Shown here piece by piece: positions 40,383 through 55,889 of a stretch of DNA of 64,000 nt. Both the position numbers and the translations under genes were made by a program. Source of the DNA: Hydrolagus colliei. Lineage: Eukaryota. Position 1 is the first letter of the stretch; each line of letters starts with the position of its first letter. Under the pieces are notes generated by a model. That model saw only the letters and a list, made by a program, of their open reading frames with translations. It had not been told where the DNA came from and made no database searches. The stretch is from positions 13,578,001 to 13,642,000 of the forward strand of contig CM068755.1 of the NCBI GenBank assembly GCA_035084275.1, given 5' to 3'.

Positions 40383-40753
40383 GATGTCACAATAACGCAA
40401 ACACTAACCGATCTGAATTACCATGCAAAATATTCCTATTCCTGCTTCAAATTCAAAACTTTAGTTTGTGATTTAGTTAGTATTTGCTGTGAATATTAAA
40501 ACTGGCCAGACAAACGTTTAGCTGTTTCCTGAAAATAACAGTTAAAAACCCACAAAACTTCATAGCAAACTGTTTGAAATTAGTACCGCTGATGACTTTT
40601 GTACTACGCCCCCTCCACCTACAAGCTGCTAATTGCGAGTAGGTTTGTGTGTCCAGTGATTTTCCACGTATGTTTTGCTGCAGATTATCTTTGAAAGTTT
40701 GAGAGTTTTGAAGTACTTTGTTAAATATTCGAGGCTTTCCTTTGTGCTTACAG

Positions 40754-40895
40754 TGCTTTGTGCTCAGGGTTTACAAGCCAAAGACAAGACAGGCTCAAGT
40801 GACCCATATGTCACAGTTCAAGTGGGTAAAACCAAAAGGAGAACCAAAACCATTTTCGGAAATCTCAACCCCAACTGGGATGAAAAATTTCATTT
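40754..40895 (+). CDS. UNC13C: Munc13-3 coding exon 9 (142 nt; C2B part 1)
   Basis: [46 protein letters not shown]; |GTAAGT donor. Confidence 0.98.
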
Positions 40896-42744
40896 GTAAG
40901 TATTGGTTTCTAAACGTAATGGTAATCACCACGTGAACAGACACTGACGTTGGGCATGTCTGAATTCCATAGGTTGCACGTATTGCACATATTGTCTTAC
41001 TTCCTGGTGGTCAAATCACAAAGAGTTGTAGTTTTTAATTTAAGGCTTTTTACAGCTCAAGCATTGTGTGCAGGCCAAAGAAGGAAAGGTTAGCACGGGC
41101 GATGGGGAGACTGGTAACTGGGCTCAAAGCCTTTGAATCCTTTTAACACTTGAGACATCAATGCAGATTAAAATATGTCACTTTCATTTCTACGCCTCAA
41201 CTCTGGACTGGTGTTTTTTTTTAATCTCCAAACTATTGAATCTCTGCTTGCCAGCTGCTCTAGCTGTAATCAAAAAGCAGTTTAAGATGGCCAGAAGCCA
41301 GTTTGTATCCGTACATGCAGAGGGCAGAAAGCCGAATCTTGTTCTATGTCATTAAGTTGGGCTTTCTGCAAGGATCCCTTTCTGGTTGGAACTAAGGCAG
41401 ATTCGATCACATCACCTCTGAAGTGGTTACTCTGGTTTCCTGGTGGTTCAGTATTTTGAACCTTTAAAGCCCAGATTTAGCGAAGCTGTGATATCTGCTT
41501 GCTCTCTGCAGAAGAGCACCACAACACAACCGGTAGAGGAATAGAAGATGAGGGGAGACTTTTATAGGGCAAAATCACTGGCTAAAAGGCTTCTTTCTTT
41601 ATGTGTCTCTATGTAGCTGATAGGGGTTTGACCAAAAATAAGAGATCATCGCTTGCGCAGCAGAAAATTGTTTGTTTGCTTTGGATATCTGATTACATTA
41701 ATTAACAATGTTTTATGTTACTGTCCATGTAAAACCTGTATGGAAGCACTGATATCTATCCAAGTGTAATCTTGATGTTGATATCATTGTTGCACGTAAT
41801 AAGTAACTTCTGAAACCCTCTGAGCTGTTCACTGGAGGGATGGAATCTTTCCCAGTCCATTATTACTTTGCTAATAATGAAGAGCACAATAGCATGAGTT
41901 TCTGATTTGCAGAAACGTTGGGACATTGTGTGTGCTTTTTTAAATGCTTCAAGAGTGCAGAGTATCTTGCAGTAAAGCTTTTTATTCCAGCATTATCGAT
42001 GATAATAATAATAATAATTTGATTGCAATTGATTGCGTCTGAAACACTTGCACTTGGGGGCATTCTCCGAATGTGAAAGGCGCTTCTTTGCAAATGTAAT
42101 TTTGTATTGTATTCTTGCTTGGAATTCTTGCCATTCTTCCTTAAAAACATTAATGTTCGAAATAATGTATTCTCACCACACTGGATGGAACGCAAACCCC
42201 AAATAAACACCATCACTTATCCTGAGTACAGTGCCTGTAATTCTATTTGGGTTTAATGATTTCAATCATGTGTCTGCAATGTATTCCATTCTGTGCAGAA
42301 TTACAGAGTATAACTAATTCTGAAGCTGCAGCCATATTCCCAGCAACAATTTATTTGACATCCCATTTGTCTTGCTGCAGGATAATTGTTGTAGGAAAAT
42401 GACAACGAAACAAGAAAATGTTTTTCAGGTTGCAATGCACGGCTAAACGTTATGTGCAACCATCCCGCAGTGGATGGATAACTAACCACGACCTTGCTTT
42501 TAATTAATCGTGCAATTCATCATTTGCTTGATTAATGCGTAGAATGAAAATTATGTTCCGGCGTAAAATTGTTTACGACTATATTCTGTAATATTGAAGT
42601 GCTCCAAGACGCTAACCCTCATGAAAGGCACTGCATAATTGCAAGTTGTTGTTGTAATGGCAGTTACTTTTGCCTACACAACCTACCTGTGAAGCCCTTC
42701 GAGATAATTCAACATGAGGTTACCAAAGAGCAAGTTATTTCTGA

Positions 42745-43232
<488 letters not shown>

Positions 43233-44329
43233 CCTTTCCCACTATCGCTTGGTTGAAAGTTAAGACTCTTGTCTATAATTTTTTCACCTGGTCATCGTTT
43301 CACTGTTCTTCAACACAAAGAGAAACAACTGATGTGTAAAATACTGCCTGATAACATCAACAACAAAATTGCACTTGTCTTTCACGTCAGGAGGACGTCC
43401 CAAGAGGCTGGACAATCAATGATTGTTTGATTATGCAGAAAGTTGCAATTCAGCAAACCTACAGTAAAATATTATGAAGCTAAATGAAAGACAAGATGAA
43501 CGAACAATCGCTATGCAGCAAATTATGTCCAACAGTTCTCAAACAATTAGCTCTCTAAAAACATCCCAAATTGCTGTCTGCAAAGAGCTTTATAGCAGCT
43601 TTGTGACCTATAGATTCAAGATTCAAACATTCTTCGGGGTATAAGATCTATATAACGGATTTTCATGTCCCCGGTTTATACTGCTAGGAGAAGAGATTTA
43701 TTGTCGCCTTAAACTGTGAAGTGATTAGGAGTGGAAAGCCAGAGGCTGTGGAGAGGTTGCTTATAGACATACTAGCAGGAGAGCTAATGCTAAATTGTGT
43801 CAAGCCCACTGATTCTTTTTTTATGATTGTATTTTTTTTAAATCGCTGGTCACTTGAGTGGTTCGTTAATGTTAAAGGTCTCGTGACAGTTCTTGGACAG
43901 TGGAACTTTTAAGGCACCAATTTTTTGGGAGGCTAAATTTATTTGCACTGCAATAATTAAGCTAGAGGGCTGGATCGATATTTATTTATATTTGCATCAA
44001 TGCACGTCAGTTTGCGGCACGCCAAAATAATCTCCTCAAAATGGTCTGGCTGTGTTGCTCTTGAGAGCAAATTATCGTGGCTAAAATCAGAAATTACCCT
44101 GATTACCCTGAAATTACCCTTGCGGTGATTCACCGTGAAAAGCACAGTTTCATCTCGGTATCATTTTCCGTCTTTGCTTAAACCATTCTCTTTAACAATG
44201 GTTAGGTAGCTATATACTCTACTGTTGTTTTAACACAAAGTTTGTACCACACATCAAGGCTTTCGAGTCCAGAGCAAATTTGTGACTGTTGTAAATAAAA
44301 GGCGTTCTTTCCTATTATATTTTGGAGCT

Positions 44330-44535
44330 TAATAATAATCCTTGCATTTGATATAGCACTTTTCACATATTCTAGACGTCTCAAAGCGCTCCACAGAATA
44401 TATTGTAAAGTGAATAAACTCCATATTTGTGGGCGAAATGTAACAGCAAGTTGCGCACAGCAGTGTCCCCAAACAGTCATGGAAACTTGCCTAAGGTTTC
44501 ACCCTGCTGGAAATAATACTCAGGTCTCTCGCTTA
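44330..44535 (-). mobile_element. Same SINE family, internally deleted
   Basis: Tail and core joined directly to a partial head. Confidence 0.85.
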
Positions 44536-44777
44536 CCATCACAGGACACCTAATAAACCAAGTGTTAGCCTAGCAGAGAAATGCAATCAAACATTAACTT
44601 TTAAAAGTTGTAATCCTGCCTAACTTTGCCTCCACAGAGTTATGATGTAAGATATTCATCTCTTTTACTTTTATATTTTGACCAAATCAATATTTTTCTT
44701 TTAATTAGCCAGGACCTCGGTGACCTCAGTTGATCTTCTAGACAGTAATTTGGGAATGAAAATCCAGTCATAAAAAG

Positions 44778-45305
44778 TTAGTCTGCAGGTACAGCAAGCA
44801 ATTAGGAAGGCTAACAGTATGTTGGCATTCATTATAAAAGGGTTAGAATATATGAGTAGGGAAGTCTTGCTGCAGCTGTATAGGGCCCTGGTGAGACCGA
44901 ACCTGGAATATTGTGTGCAGTTTTGGTCTCCTTATTTAAGAAAGGATGTACTCGCCTTGGAGGGGAACACTAGGTTGGTACCTGGGATGAGGGGAATGAA
45001 TTATGAGGATGGGTTGAGCAATCTAGGCCTATATTCTCTAGAATACAGTATAGAAGAATTAGAGGTGATCTTATAGGATCTATAAGATTATTAAGGGGCA
45101 AGACAGAGTAGATAGTGGGAACTATTTCCCCTGGTTGGAGAAACTATAACCAGGGGTCACATTCTTATAATTAGGGGTCAGCCCTTTCGCACTGAGTTGA
45201 GAAAAAACTTCTTCACTAGTGAATTTATGGAATTCTGTATCCCAAAGGGCTGTAGATGCTAAGTCGTTGAACATATTCAAGACTGAGATTGATAGATTGC
45301 TGTAG
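44778..45305 (+). mobile_element. CR1-type LINE ORF2 C-terminal fragment
   Basis: MLAFIIKGLEYMSREVLLQLYRALVRPNLEYCVQFWSPYLRKD is the typical CR1 post-RT motif; frameshifted afterwards. Confidence 0.9.
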
Positions 45306-45543
45306 TATCATCCCGGATTAAAGGAATAACAAAATTGTGTGAATTAAAGTGAATTAATGTGCAGGCTGAATTCATTATAACCTGGTAATCAGCTAGGGCT
45401 GTTTTTGATTCATGTTCAATTTCAAGTATTACCAGATATGCAAAATGTGGGTGATTTTCCCCTCCATGTCAGCAAAGTGTTTACTGGTTTTGTTGTAATC
45501 AAGAGACCCAGCAATTTTAGTTGACAAGCAGCTTCTCTGTTAG

Positions 45544-45807
45544 AATAATAATAATAATAACTCTTGCATTCGATTTAGCACTTTTCATGTCTTCTAGACA
45601 TCTCAAAGCGCTTCACAGAATATACTGTAAAGTAAATTGACAAACAGTCATGGATTGAAGTGACCAATTTATTATTTTCTTTTCTTGAGGGATTATTATC
45701 AGGCGTGTAGAGTAAGGAAACTTGCACAAGGTTTCACCCTGCCAGGAATTGTACCCAGGTCTCTCGCTTGCGAGGCGAGTGCTCTAACCACTGAGCTACA
45801 GGACTCC
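45544..45807 (-). mobile_element. Same SINE family, near-intact tRNA-Ala(CGC)-like head
   Basis: Head 45736-45807 folds as a cloverleaf; core partly deleted. Confidence 0.88.
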
Positions 45808-46294
45808 ATTGTTTTGCAATAATAGATTGACTAATTGAACCATCAGCCCAAGAGAAACTGAAATATGATGGTCAGGCAGACTGTGTAATGTTTTCAGTAA
45901 GGCGGTGGGTGGGCGAGATAAGCACAAGCACACAGCCTGTAGTATTGGCTGGAAGGCAACAACTCAATCCCAGATTCAGAACAAAGAAAGGAAACTTCCC
46001 AATGGGAGTCTTGGGGCTCGTTAAGATGGCACTTGTCAAACTTTGGCAGTGTTACAAATCACTTGCCCAGAGGAGAGAGGTCCCGGGATCAAGGCGAAGG
46101 CTTATCATGGCACATTGATAACTGAGGATGTGGTGCAAAACCATCAAGATCTCAGACATATATTGAACTTACTGAAGAGGAACACAGAAGAACACAATCA
46201 GAGCCTAGCCTAGTGTGCATTTGAGTAAACAAACAAGACCTTGTAAAGCTACTTAAGAATTCTAAGACACCAGTGAGCACAAAGTTGTGCTATA

Positions 46295-46600
46295 TAATAA
46301 TCCTTGCATTTGATATAGTGCTTTTCACGTCTTCTAGACATCTCAAAGCGCTTCACAGAATATACTGTAAATTAAATTGACTGTATATTTGTGGGTGAAA
46401 CGCGGCAGCCGATTATGCACAGCAGTGTCCCACAGACAGTCGTGGATTGAAACGACCAATTTATTGCATTTTTTTAGAGGGATTATTATTATTAGGCGTG
46501 TGGAGTAAGGAAACTTCCCCAAGGTTTTACCCTGACGTGCCTGGATTCGAACAAGGTCTCATACCTGTAAGGCGAATGCTCCAACCACTCCACGTCCTGT
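46295..46600 (-). mobile_element. Same SINE family, full length
   Basis: Tail, core and head; upstream of exon 46760. Confidence 0.88.
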
Positions 46601-46731
46601 ACTTATATGAATGCAAGTTGTCGGAGAATATGTTGAAGGCTAGAAATTATCGACGAGTAGTCAATTATAAATCATTATCATTCAAATTAGTAGCAAACTC
46701 TGAAGCACGCACTGCAAAACACGTCAAATAA

Positions 46732-46881
<150 letters not shown>

Positions 46882-46887
46882 TAACAA

Positions 46888-47213
46888 CAAATAATAATAA
46901 TAATAATCCTTGAATTTGATATAGCGCTTTTCACATCTTCTAAGCGTCACAAAGCACTTCACAGAATATACTGTAAAGTGAATTGACTGTACATTTGTGG
47001 GTGAAACGCAGCAGCAAATTGTGTACAGCAGCGTCCCTCAAACAGTCGTGGATTGGAATGACCAATTTTATTATTCAGGTTTTTTTGGAGGGATTACTAT
47101 TAGGCATGTGGCGTAAGGAAACTTGCGCAAGTTTTCGCACTGACCAGCCTGGATTCGAACACAGGTCTCACTCTTGTAAGGCGAGTGTTCTAACTACTGA
47201 GCTACAGGACTCC
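46888..47213 (-). mobile_element. Same SINE family, full length, 12 nt after an exon donor
   Basis: Tail, core and head ending GCTACAGGACTCC. Confidence 0.9.
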
Positions 47214-47889
47214 AAAAATCGAACAGAGATTCATGCACCTCAATTGACGGTTTCAAATGTACATCAATGACGTTTTCATGAGTAGTAACATAATCCATCA
47301 ATAACTTTAGATACGCCAAGCCTTGTCCAAACTAATTACAAAAAACAGGATTCATCTACGTATTTGGCTAAAGCTCTGAATGGAGATTCTCTTCTTTCGT
47401 TCCCACAAGTTGACTGTTCGAACGAACCTTCTTTCCTGCAAATATAGGCATTCCCTGTTCCGTGCCCCAGCAGTTTACAAATCGTTGTGCCTCTCGGGAA
47501 ATTTGTTTGTCTATGCCTCCTCCTGTTTCACAATTCTCCTGAACTCTACTCAAGTGCATACTGTGCCAGAGGAACTCATTGATGCAGCACCAGTTATTTT
47601 TATTGCTGGTCTTTTCCACATACGCTGAGAGGAAATAAATATTTTAATTTATTTAGAATTCAGATTTTGAATTGAACTTTTGAATTTTAAACCTGCACCT
47701 GTTGTGTGTGTATACATCATTTCTCCTAAAATTCATTGAATTTTCTGAATTTTTTTTTTACAATTTTTTTAGCGATCGAAATATAGCAGTAAACATTAAA
47801 GTGAAAAGGGGGAATATCTCTCAATATTTAGACACGGCGAAATTATTTTCAAAAGCTTAATTCAAAGATTTTCATCCCCTTCACTCCAG

Positions 47890-48053
47890 AACCTGTTCAA
47901 TTATTTGACTGAGGTCAAGTATAACGGTGAGGTGAAAATCCCGGAATTGAAAGGAGATGAGGCATGGAAAGTATACTTTGGAGATTCCCCTCAAGAAATT
48001 GTGGATGAATTTGCGATACGCTATGGAATTGAATCAATTTACCAAGCGATGAC
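47890..48053 (+). CDS. UNC13C: Munc13-3 coding exon 12 (164 nt; MUN region start)
   Basis: [54 protein letters not shown]; |GTAAGT donor. Confidence 0.97.
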
Positions 48054-48129
48054 GTAAGTGTCTTATTTTGTGTACTTTCGGCACAGCAAATCCCCACAAA
48101 CCAGCTTAAAAACCTCTCCCTCCAAACAA

Positions 48130-48272
48130 GCCCCAGTTCTGATGAAGGGTTGTAGACCCGAAATGTTGACTCCTTTTCCTTTCTCCATGGATGCTGCTTG
48201 ACCTGCTGAGTTTCCCCAGCCACTTTTGTTTTTGATTCAGATTCCCAGCATCTGTGGCGTTTTGTGTTTTGT
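48130..48272 (+). mobile_element. Penelope-type element, single arm preceded by hammerhead
   Basis: Arm TTTTCCTTTCTCCATGGATGCTGC...CAGATTCCCAGCATCTG is homologous to the 18-kb and 43-kb copies. Confidence 0.8.
48135..48171 (+). ncRNA. Minimal type-I hammerhead ribozyme motif (Penelope-like element type)
   Basis: AGTT-CTGATGA-A-GGGT(TGTAG)ACCC-GAAA-TGTT-GACT: both core strands, stem II and a 4-bp stem I are present. Confidence 0.65.
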
Positions 48273-50390
48273 TTATCAAACTGAAGGCTGCTTTGGTTTA
48301 ATTTCCACCGACACATAAACGTTTTGTAACATACTATTCGATCTATTTTTGTTCCAGGCAAATTAAGTGCTTTTACTGAAACTGTGTCTTTACCAGTCAG
48401 TCACTCCAGACTATTTGTGTTTTTTTGTTGATGTCCGGCCACTCTGCTCAGAGGCATTTTAACACAGACATGCACTGCGATCTCACCATGGGTATTTGAA
48501 CACACAGGAAAACACTGGTTTATTGTTGTTTCGTTCATATAAACCAGCTGAGAGATCACAGTGTTTCATCTCTTAGTACTGTAGCAAGAACCATCCAATT
48601 TATTTCTGTGCAAATATGGGAACTAGTGATGTGAAGTCAGATTCCGCCACAGTTAAGCATTCTTATCCTGCATGGAGGGCGCTATATAAGTGCAAGTTGT
48701 TGTTGTCATTGCATTGATGATAGATATCCCTTAAAATATAAGCATCGTGTTCATACCACAACCACAACATACCACCATAATACCACACTGCAGTATTTTG
48801 TTTTAAATAAAAATAATCTTATTTTTAATCATGTGTTACAGTTGTTCACAAGTTAGTGGTTCTGTCCAACCCATTCCACCAAACATAATGTACTCTAGCC
48901 TGGGGAAGGATGTAAAAATAGCCATCCCCACCAGAATAAACAGATTGATTAAAACAGGTTGATTTGTAACACACAAGATAATTAGAAATGGATGTGGGGA
49001 CTGATTTTCTCACTATATCATCAGCACACTGGAGGTGAAAAAATAAACCTTCTACTCAGTCAATAATATGCAGTCTGAGGTGAACTTTCTGAATAATGCC
49101 TGGCAATAACTATCAGGCATTTTTTCCATACAGACTTCCACTCCTCTCACAAGGAATATCATTTTCTCCCAGTAGTGAATATTTTACTGTAACATGGCAA
49201 CAATCTTGAAATGAAAATAGCTTATCAATGAATATGGTTAAAGTCACGGGAGGGGGATGCAATCTTTGCTAAGGGATTGATTGATTTTACTGCAGTAATT
49301 AAACATATCCAGAATTTGAGTCTTATCTATCTTCTCAAAACTGGGAATGCCTTCGGTCATTAGTGATTGCCACATGAATTGAAGATTGCAGTACATTTTG
49401 TTCTAGTTACGTTGGTTGGCTTTAACATCTTCTGGTGTTATAACTTAGTTAGGTCAGAAATAACCAAAACCTATTTTATTTGGCCAGTCGGGTATCTGGC
49501 ACATGTTTAGGAGTGTCCGAACCAAGAGAGTTCCATGCGTCTTGCCCACACGTGGCAATTCCTATGTATTCTATGCTACTCCCTCATTGTAACTCTGGGA
49601 GTAATGATAAATCATTTGCTGGGACCACGTTTAATGTTTAAAATCTGCTTCCAACGCCTTGGGACGTCCTCCTGACGTGAAAGGCGCCTACACAAGTGTA
49701 ATTTTGTTGTTGTTGTTGGCTACCAATCCGGTTGTATTCACTCATTTTAAACATTGACCATGTTTCAACTGCAGTCAGCATAGCAATGTGGCGAAGTCAG
49801 AGCACGCTGTATAAATTGGACTTTGTACAACCCCCTCACTTTAATGCTGGAAGTCATGATGAATCATCTCCTGCAGTATAATCTGAGTGGTAATGCACAA
49901 GACTTCGAATTGGTTACCAGCCTATAGTTGAACAACTTTCCGAAATGCAATAGCTTACCAGCGACTGGCGATGAGGTCAGGTTATGGGTTATGATTTATT
50001 ATTTTGTGTTACTGCAGTGAAGTAAATAGATCGCCATTTTGCGAAGATTGGTATCCTCCCCCCACACATCACCCAACTTCACCGACCCCCACCACATGAT
50101 TAAAAATGTATTCATCAAACAGCAATTTTCATTTAAGCATCACTCCGAAACTTTACCTAAGAGTGCACCTTGTTGCTTTATTATGATGCGACAGATATTG
50201 ATGGACATTGATGTTGCATCTGTTCCATCAATCTTAGCAATATAAATGTGTATTTTATAACTGCGTTATCACCGTAGAATATCCAAGTAGCTGTGGCAGT
50301 TATAATGCTCATTAGCATCTGCATAACTTCACATTGGCAGGCAAATTTAAATAGTTCTGTGAAATGCATAATCTATAACAAATGATCTAG

Positions 50391-50588
<198 letters not shown>

Positions 50589-52219
50589 TAATGCGCACTT
50601 TCTCTTCAAGTATAACCTAGATTTTAAATCATTTTGATTTAATCACTGCACTGTGGGAGATTATTATTTTGCTTCTCTGTGTTCTGAAAGGCAGAGTAGT
50701 TTTGTTTTGCGTTTCTTGTGTGTGATAACAAGGCTTTATTCTTCAACCATTTTGGATAAGTTTCATGACGGTGCTACTGTTTGTTAAGAGAATGTTGATC
50801 ACTTACGTAGTTCAGGTACCGTTCCCTTCTGTTTAGTTTGGCTTTTTCCACCATGTTTTCAAGAGAAGCTTATTATATTACCAAAAATATTCTCTACCAA
50901 TGATTTTCTGAGCTGAAAACACACATTTTGAGATGTCAAATACATTTTTCGAATAGTCTTATAACGAACCACATCATGGCACTTTTAAACCAGAATTTTG
51001 AATCAGCGTTCATTAATTTGAAAGTAAGATGTGCTTTCAGAAATATTTAAAGTGAGACTTTGACTATATAATCAATGCATAATCAGAACAGCCAAAGAAA
51101 CGTATTCAGTGAGTCACTGCGAAATGTTTTTCTGTGGATAATATGCTATAGTTGCCAGTGTTGCAGTGATAGGTCATGAGCAAGAAAACACAACTAGTCT
51201 GTGCCGTTTACACCCCAAAAAGCAATGAGATTAATGCCCCACACCAAGGAGATGACTGGTCAATTAATACTACCTATTAATGGCCAGGTTGCCAGAGGAA
51301 TTCTTTGGTTTTCTAAATTCCTTGTCTTTGACATCTTCGACAAAAGCCAAGCTATGATTTATTTTATTACAGATATTTGCTGCAAAATAAAATGAAGATA
51401 ATGCTTGAACTGGTTTTGCCCAGTAAAGCATTTTTATGAAGTTGGATGTACCAGCAAGTATAATGGTAATCATATCCCCCTAGACATAAAATCTATCTCT
51501 TGAGGCAATTTCATGAAATCAACGCCTATCTATTTAGAAAAAAGGTATGTGCTATTGGAGAAACTAGGACAGGCCTGTGTTTTTTTTATATATAATATAT
51601 ATTTACCACTTTTCTCCTGGCGAAAAACATTTGGATTTCTTCAATGTGTTGCTTTTCTGCATTTTAAAATGGAACTGAATTGTGAAAGCTTTAAACAAAT
51701 GTGTGTGTTCAAAAGATGTAATTGGGTCTAAAAAAAAACCCCCTAGATTATTTTGTTGGAATTGCCTGAAACATTGCACAGAGAGTTCTGGAGGTGTGAC
51801 ATTGTCATCCCTATTCTTCTTGCAACAACACAATTGTCTTTCTCAACAAAACAAGGCAAAATAAACAGCCTGGTAATCCTTTCAGTATATATCCATTTAC
51901 GTTAATATTTCCAAAATGCAATTTATTGCTTTGGGATTATAGAATGGAATACATATCAGTGAATCAAATTATTTCTGCTGCTGATATAATAATAAAAACT
52001 GCAGCAGTTGCGATGGAATTTGAAGAAAAAGCACTTTGCAAATTTCAAATAGAAATGTAATTACTTGCTAACATTTTTACAAGTATGTAAAGAACAAGGA
52101 TGGCACAGTTGCAGTTATTGAACCACATGTCACTGTTATTTACCGAATTATTTGTGTTCAGACCATTAATACCTTTTTAGAGTCATTATAATTTGTTTCT
52201 ATAAGACACATATGTTTGA

Positions 52220-52369
<150 letters not shown>

Positions 52370-53298
52370 TAAAAAAATTGTCACAACATACTGTGGCAAG
52401 GTTACCATTTTAGTTTTGTTTTCTAAGGTCATATATATTAAAATTAATGTGGGGAGAAATTGCATCGATGGAACGGTTGCGTCAGTCGAATTATTGAGTG
52501 GCATTTTAATATCTAGTCGTGCACTACAGCATCATGTCCCTGCAGAAATGGTTTTGATCCTGTTCCCAAATGCCTTGTCGCCGAATAGTATAATACAGAT
52601 TAAATTATTAGGCATATATTTTGAGAAATGACACGGAAATAACAATAATAATAATAATCTGACCAAATATTTTGAATGCGCGCACAGTACAAATATTCAA
52701 ACATTTAGTTTGGTGCAATGATTATTCTTATTATTTCTGGTGTCGATGGCGCACTAAATGAGCTGGTAACTGTTCAGGGATCTCTCAGCTGAGTTGCAAG
52801 ACGCTACGTCACGTGGATCTACTGTGCAGCATCAAGGCACCAGTTTTCCCGCACTGTGAAATCCTGGTGCACCAAATGAGGAGAATCGACAATAATTGTT
52901 GATTGATATTCTGAACATTCTACTGTTTTCTCAGTCTGTGGGACTCTGCCAGAAAGCTTTGCCATTTGATGTGCACTTGAGGAGGGAATGCAAATCCTAA
53001 CAGTCATAAGATGATCCTGGCTTTATTCGAACTTAAATTGGGTCAGAGTCCCTCAGAGCCCCAGCACTCTTTCTCAGGCAACATCAATTTAATCAGATAT
53101 CCATCTTCATTATGACTGCTTTCAACTGCGCCTGCTTATAGAATATCCTCTCTTGTTCCTAAAATGGCAGAAGTCATTTTGAACAATTTGATATTGCAGA
53201 CAAACGTAACTCGGAAAACAAAGTACGTAGCTAAAGAAGACGGGTAAATAAATAATTCACCCTAATAAAAAAAAGTCCCAAACCACCTTTCCACACAT

Positions 53299-53334
<36 letters not shown>

Positions 53335-53869
53335 GATATGATTGACAGATCAAGAGTGGAAAAACCAAAGAACGCTTAATTTCAAGATGTTATGAAATGT
53401 AGCTGATGATTTATGTTTTATTGTTGTAAGTTACACAAAGTGCAAAAAACCCCAGTGAAATCCTCCTGCCATCCGTTCTACCATCTTGCTGTAAGAAATT
53501 GCATAGATTTGGGGTGACTTGTTTTACAATCTTACCCATGGAACATCTGTTGGTTAATCTCATCTATTTTAGATTTTGGGTGGGTGGCATGTTGGTTTTC
53601 ATTAGTGGTGTGTCGGTTGTCAAATTTTCTAAAGATCTGAATTATTTTTTAATAAACGGTATCAGTGATATTGTATCATATGGGCTGCGGAGAGATGATA
53701 CCTTGTTCATCTTATCATTTCCTATTGCATGATGAAAGATCCTGAAACTCTCGGTATCTTTCTTGTTCATGATATCCTTATTGTGCCTATTATTCAAGAC
53801 AGTGTGTTGACAGGTAACCTTTGCAACCAAACTGGGCCTTGTATTCATATCATGTCAAGTGGCTGTTGA

Positions 53870-54268
<399 letters not shown>

Positions 54269-54291
54269 TGACTGAGCCTTGTCCATTTCAG

Positions 54292-54420
54292 GTTCAGGAG
54301 CTGCAAAGTCCTCCACGGGCAAGTTCGGTAGTGAAAGACTGTGTAAAAGCTTGCTTGGACTCAACTTACAAGTATATTTTTGACAACTGTCATGACCTGT
54401 ATAACCAGATGCTAGATCAG
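54292..54420 (+). CDS. UNC13C: Munc13-3 coding exon 16 (129 nt)
   Basis: [43 protein letters not shown]. Confidence 0.96.
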
Positions 54421-55889
54421 GTAATAAATCTTCTTCCATTTCCTATAGAACTACTAGATTCAAAGATTATGTGCGTTTAAGGCTATTCATCTTGCAAGTT
54501 ACTATTTAACAAATGTTGTATCAACTTCTGTAATAAAAGACCAGGGTACACAATAAGTGTATTTCAAAAGTACACTGCAAAGTACTTCAAATATGTTTTA
54601 CCCAAGATTACCTTTTTAAACAGTTTGTGGGAATTGCTTTGCGTAAATTGACTGCCGCTTTCGCCTACAAGGTACACAATCATTCCATTTTACTGTAAAT
54701 CCAATAAATCACTTTGAGATGTTCTCCTGACAGAGTGAAAGGCGTGATCCCACATGTATGGGGCATTTATAATTTATTTAGATCAATTGAACAGCAAGCA
54801 ACTCTGCAACCAAGGGAAACAAATTGCCTGTTCTTGTATTTACATGATTCCAAATATCACTGCGTGATTTGCCTGTGACATTATGCCTGCAGTAATCCTA
54901 AATCCCAAATAGAAAATACTGTTGCTACAGGAATGCATTTGATTCAAATGAAATAACAAAGATTGTCAGATGGAGAAGTGGCAAACAACACTTGAATGAG
55001 ATCAATGGTCTGTTCCACTCCTGGGTACTTAAAAGAATAATTTCATTCCAAATAATGAGCATGCCAAATGAATTGTGAGTTTGAAGTTCTCCTTTGAGAA
55101 TGGCAAATATTTGGATTGCTCTTTTAAACATGTGAAGCTAATTGATGCAAATTTACCTTGCATTCAGAGCTAATATATATATATACATGTATAGTGTCTT
55201 ATTTTTGACACTGGTGCAGTTTAACAAACAAAATCAGTAAAGTTGATGCATCTAAAAATGATTTGAAAAATGACCTTGTCAAGCGTGTAACAACAACAAA
55301 ACAACAACAAAATTACATTTGTAGAGCGCCCTTCAGGTCGGGAGGACATCCCAAGGCACTGAAAGATAAGCGATGTAATGTTGGTACTGTATTTGTATTG
55401 TAGGCATTTATTTGTAGGCATTTATCTGTGTCAAGCCTCTGGAAAAACAAGAAGTTTGCCCATTGAACCCATACATTTTCCCATCTCAATGACAGTGATA
55501 TTTATCAGTGGACTTGCTTTCCATATAACTTGAGGTAGGGGGAAAATTAGCCAAATATAAAGGAAGCCTTTTGTGAAGGCAATTACTATAAATTGGACTG
55601 GGCTGGTTACATCCATCAAATATATTGATATCTTTGATCTAACAAGTGTTTTTGGATGAGTCTGTGTTGATGGATATTAACAGAACTTGTAAGTATTTGA
55701 CAACGTCTCTCCCAGGACATATAATCAGAGTAAAAGCTTGTGGCATTTGATAGTAAAACTGTAAATTGGATTATTCGTCAGCCAGATAACAGTGAGTGGC
55801 TCTCAATGATAATTGTTCTAACTGGACATTGGTTGAGTATTGGAGTCCTGTGTGAATCATTCTAGTGCTCAGTTCTGATCGTATTTCCT

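Noticed and set aside
55540-55850. Decayed CR1 reverse transcriptase fragment (also about 30290-30560 and 57150-57330)
   Set aside because: Only faint motif resemblance; boundaries cannot be supported without an alignment.
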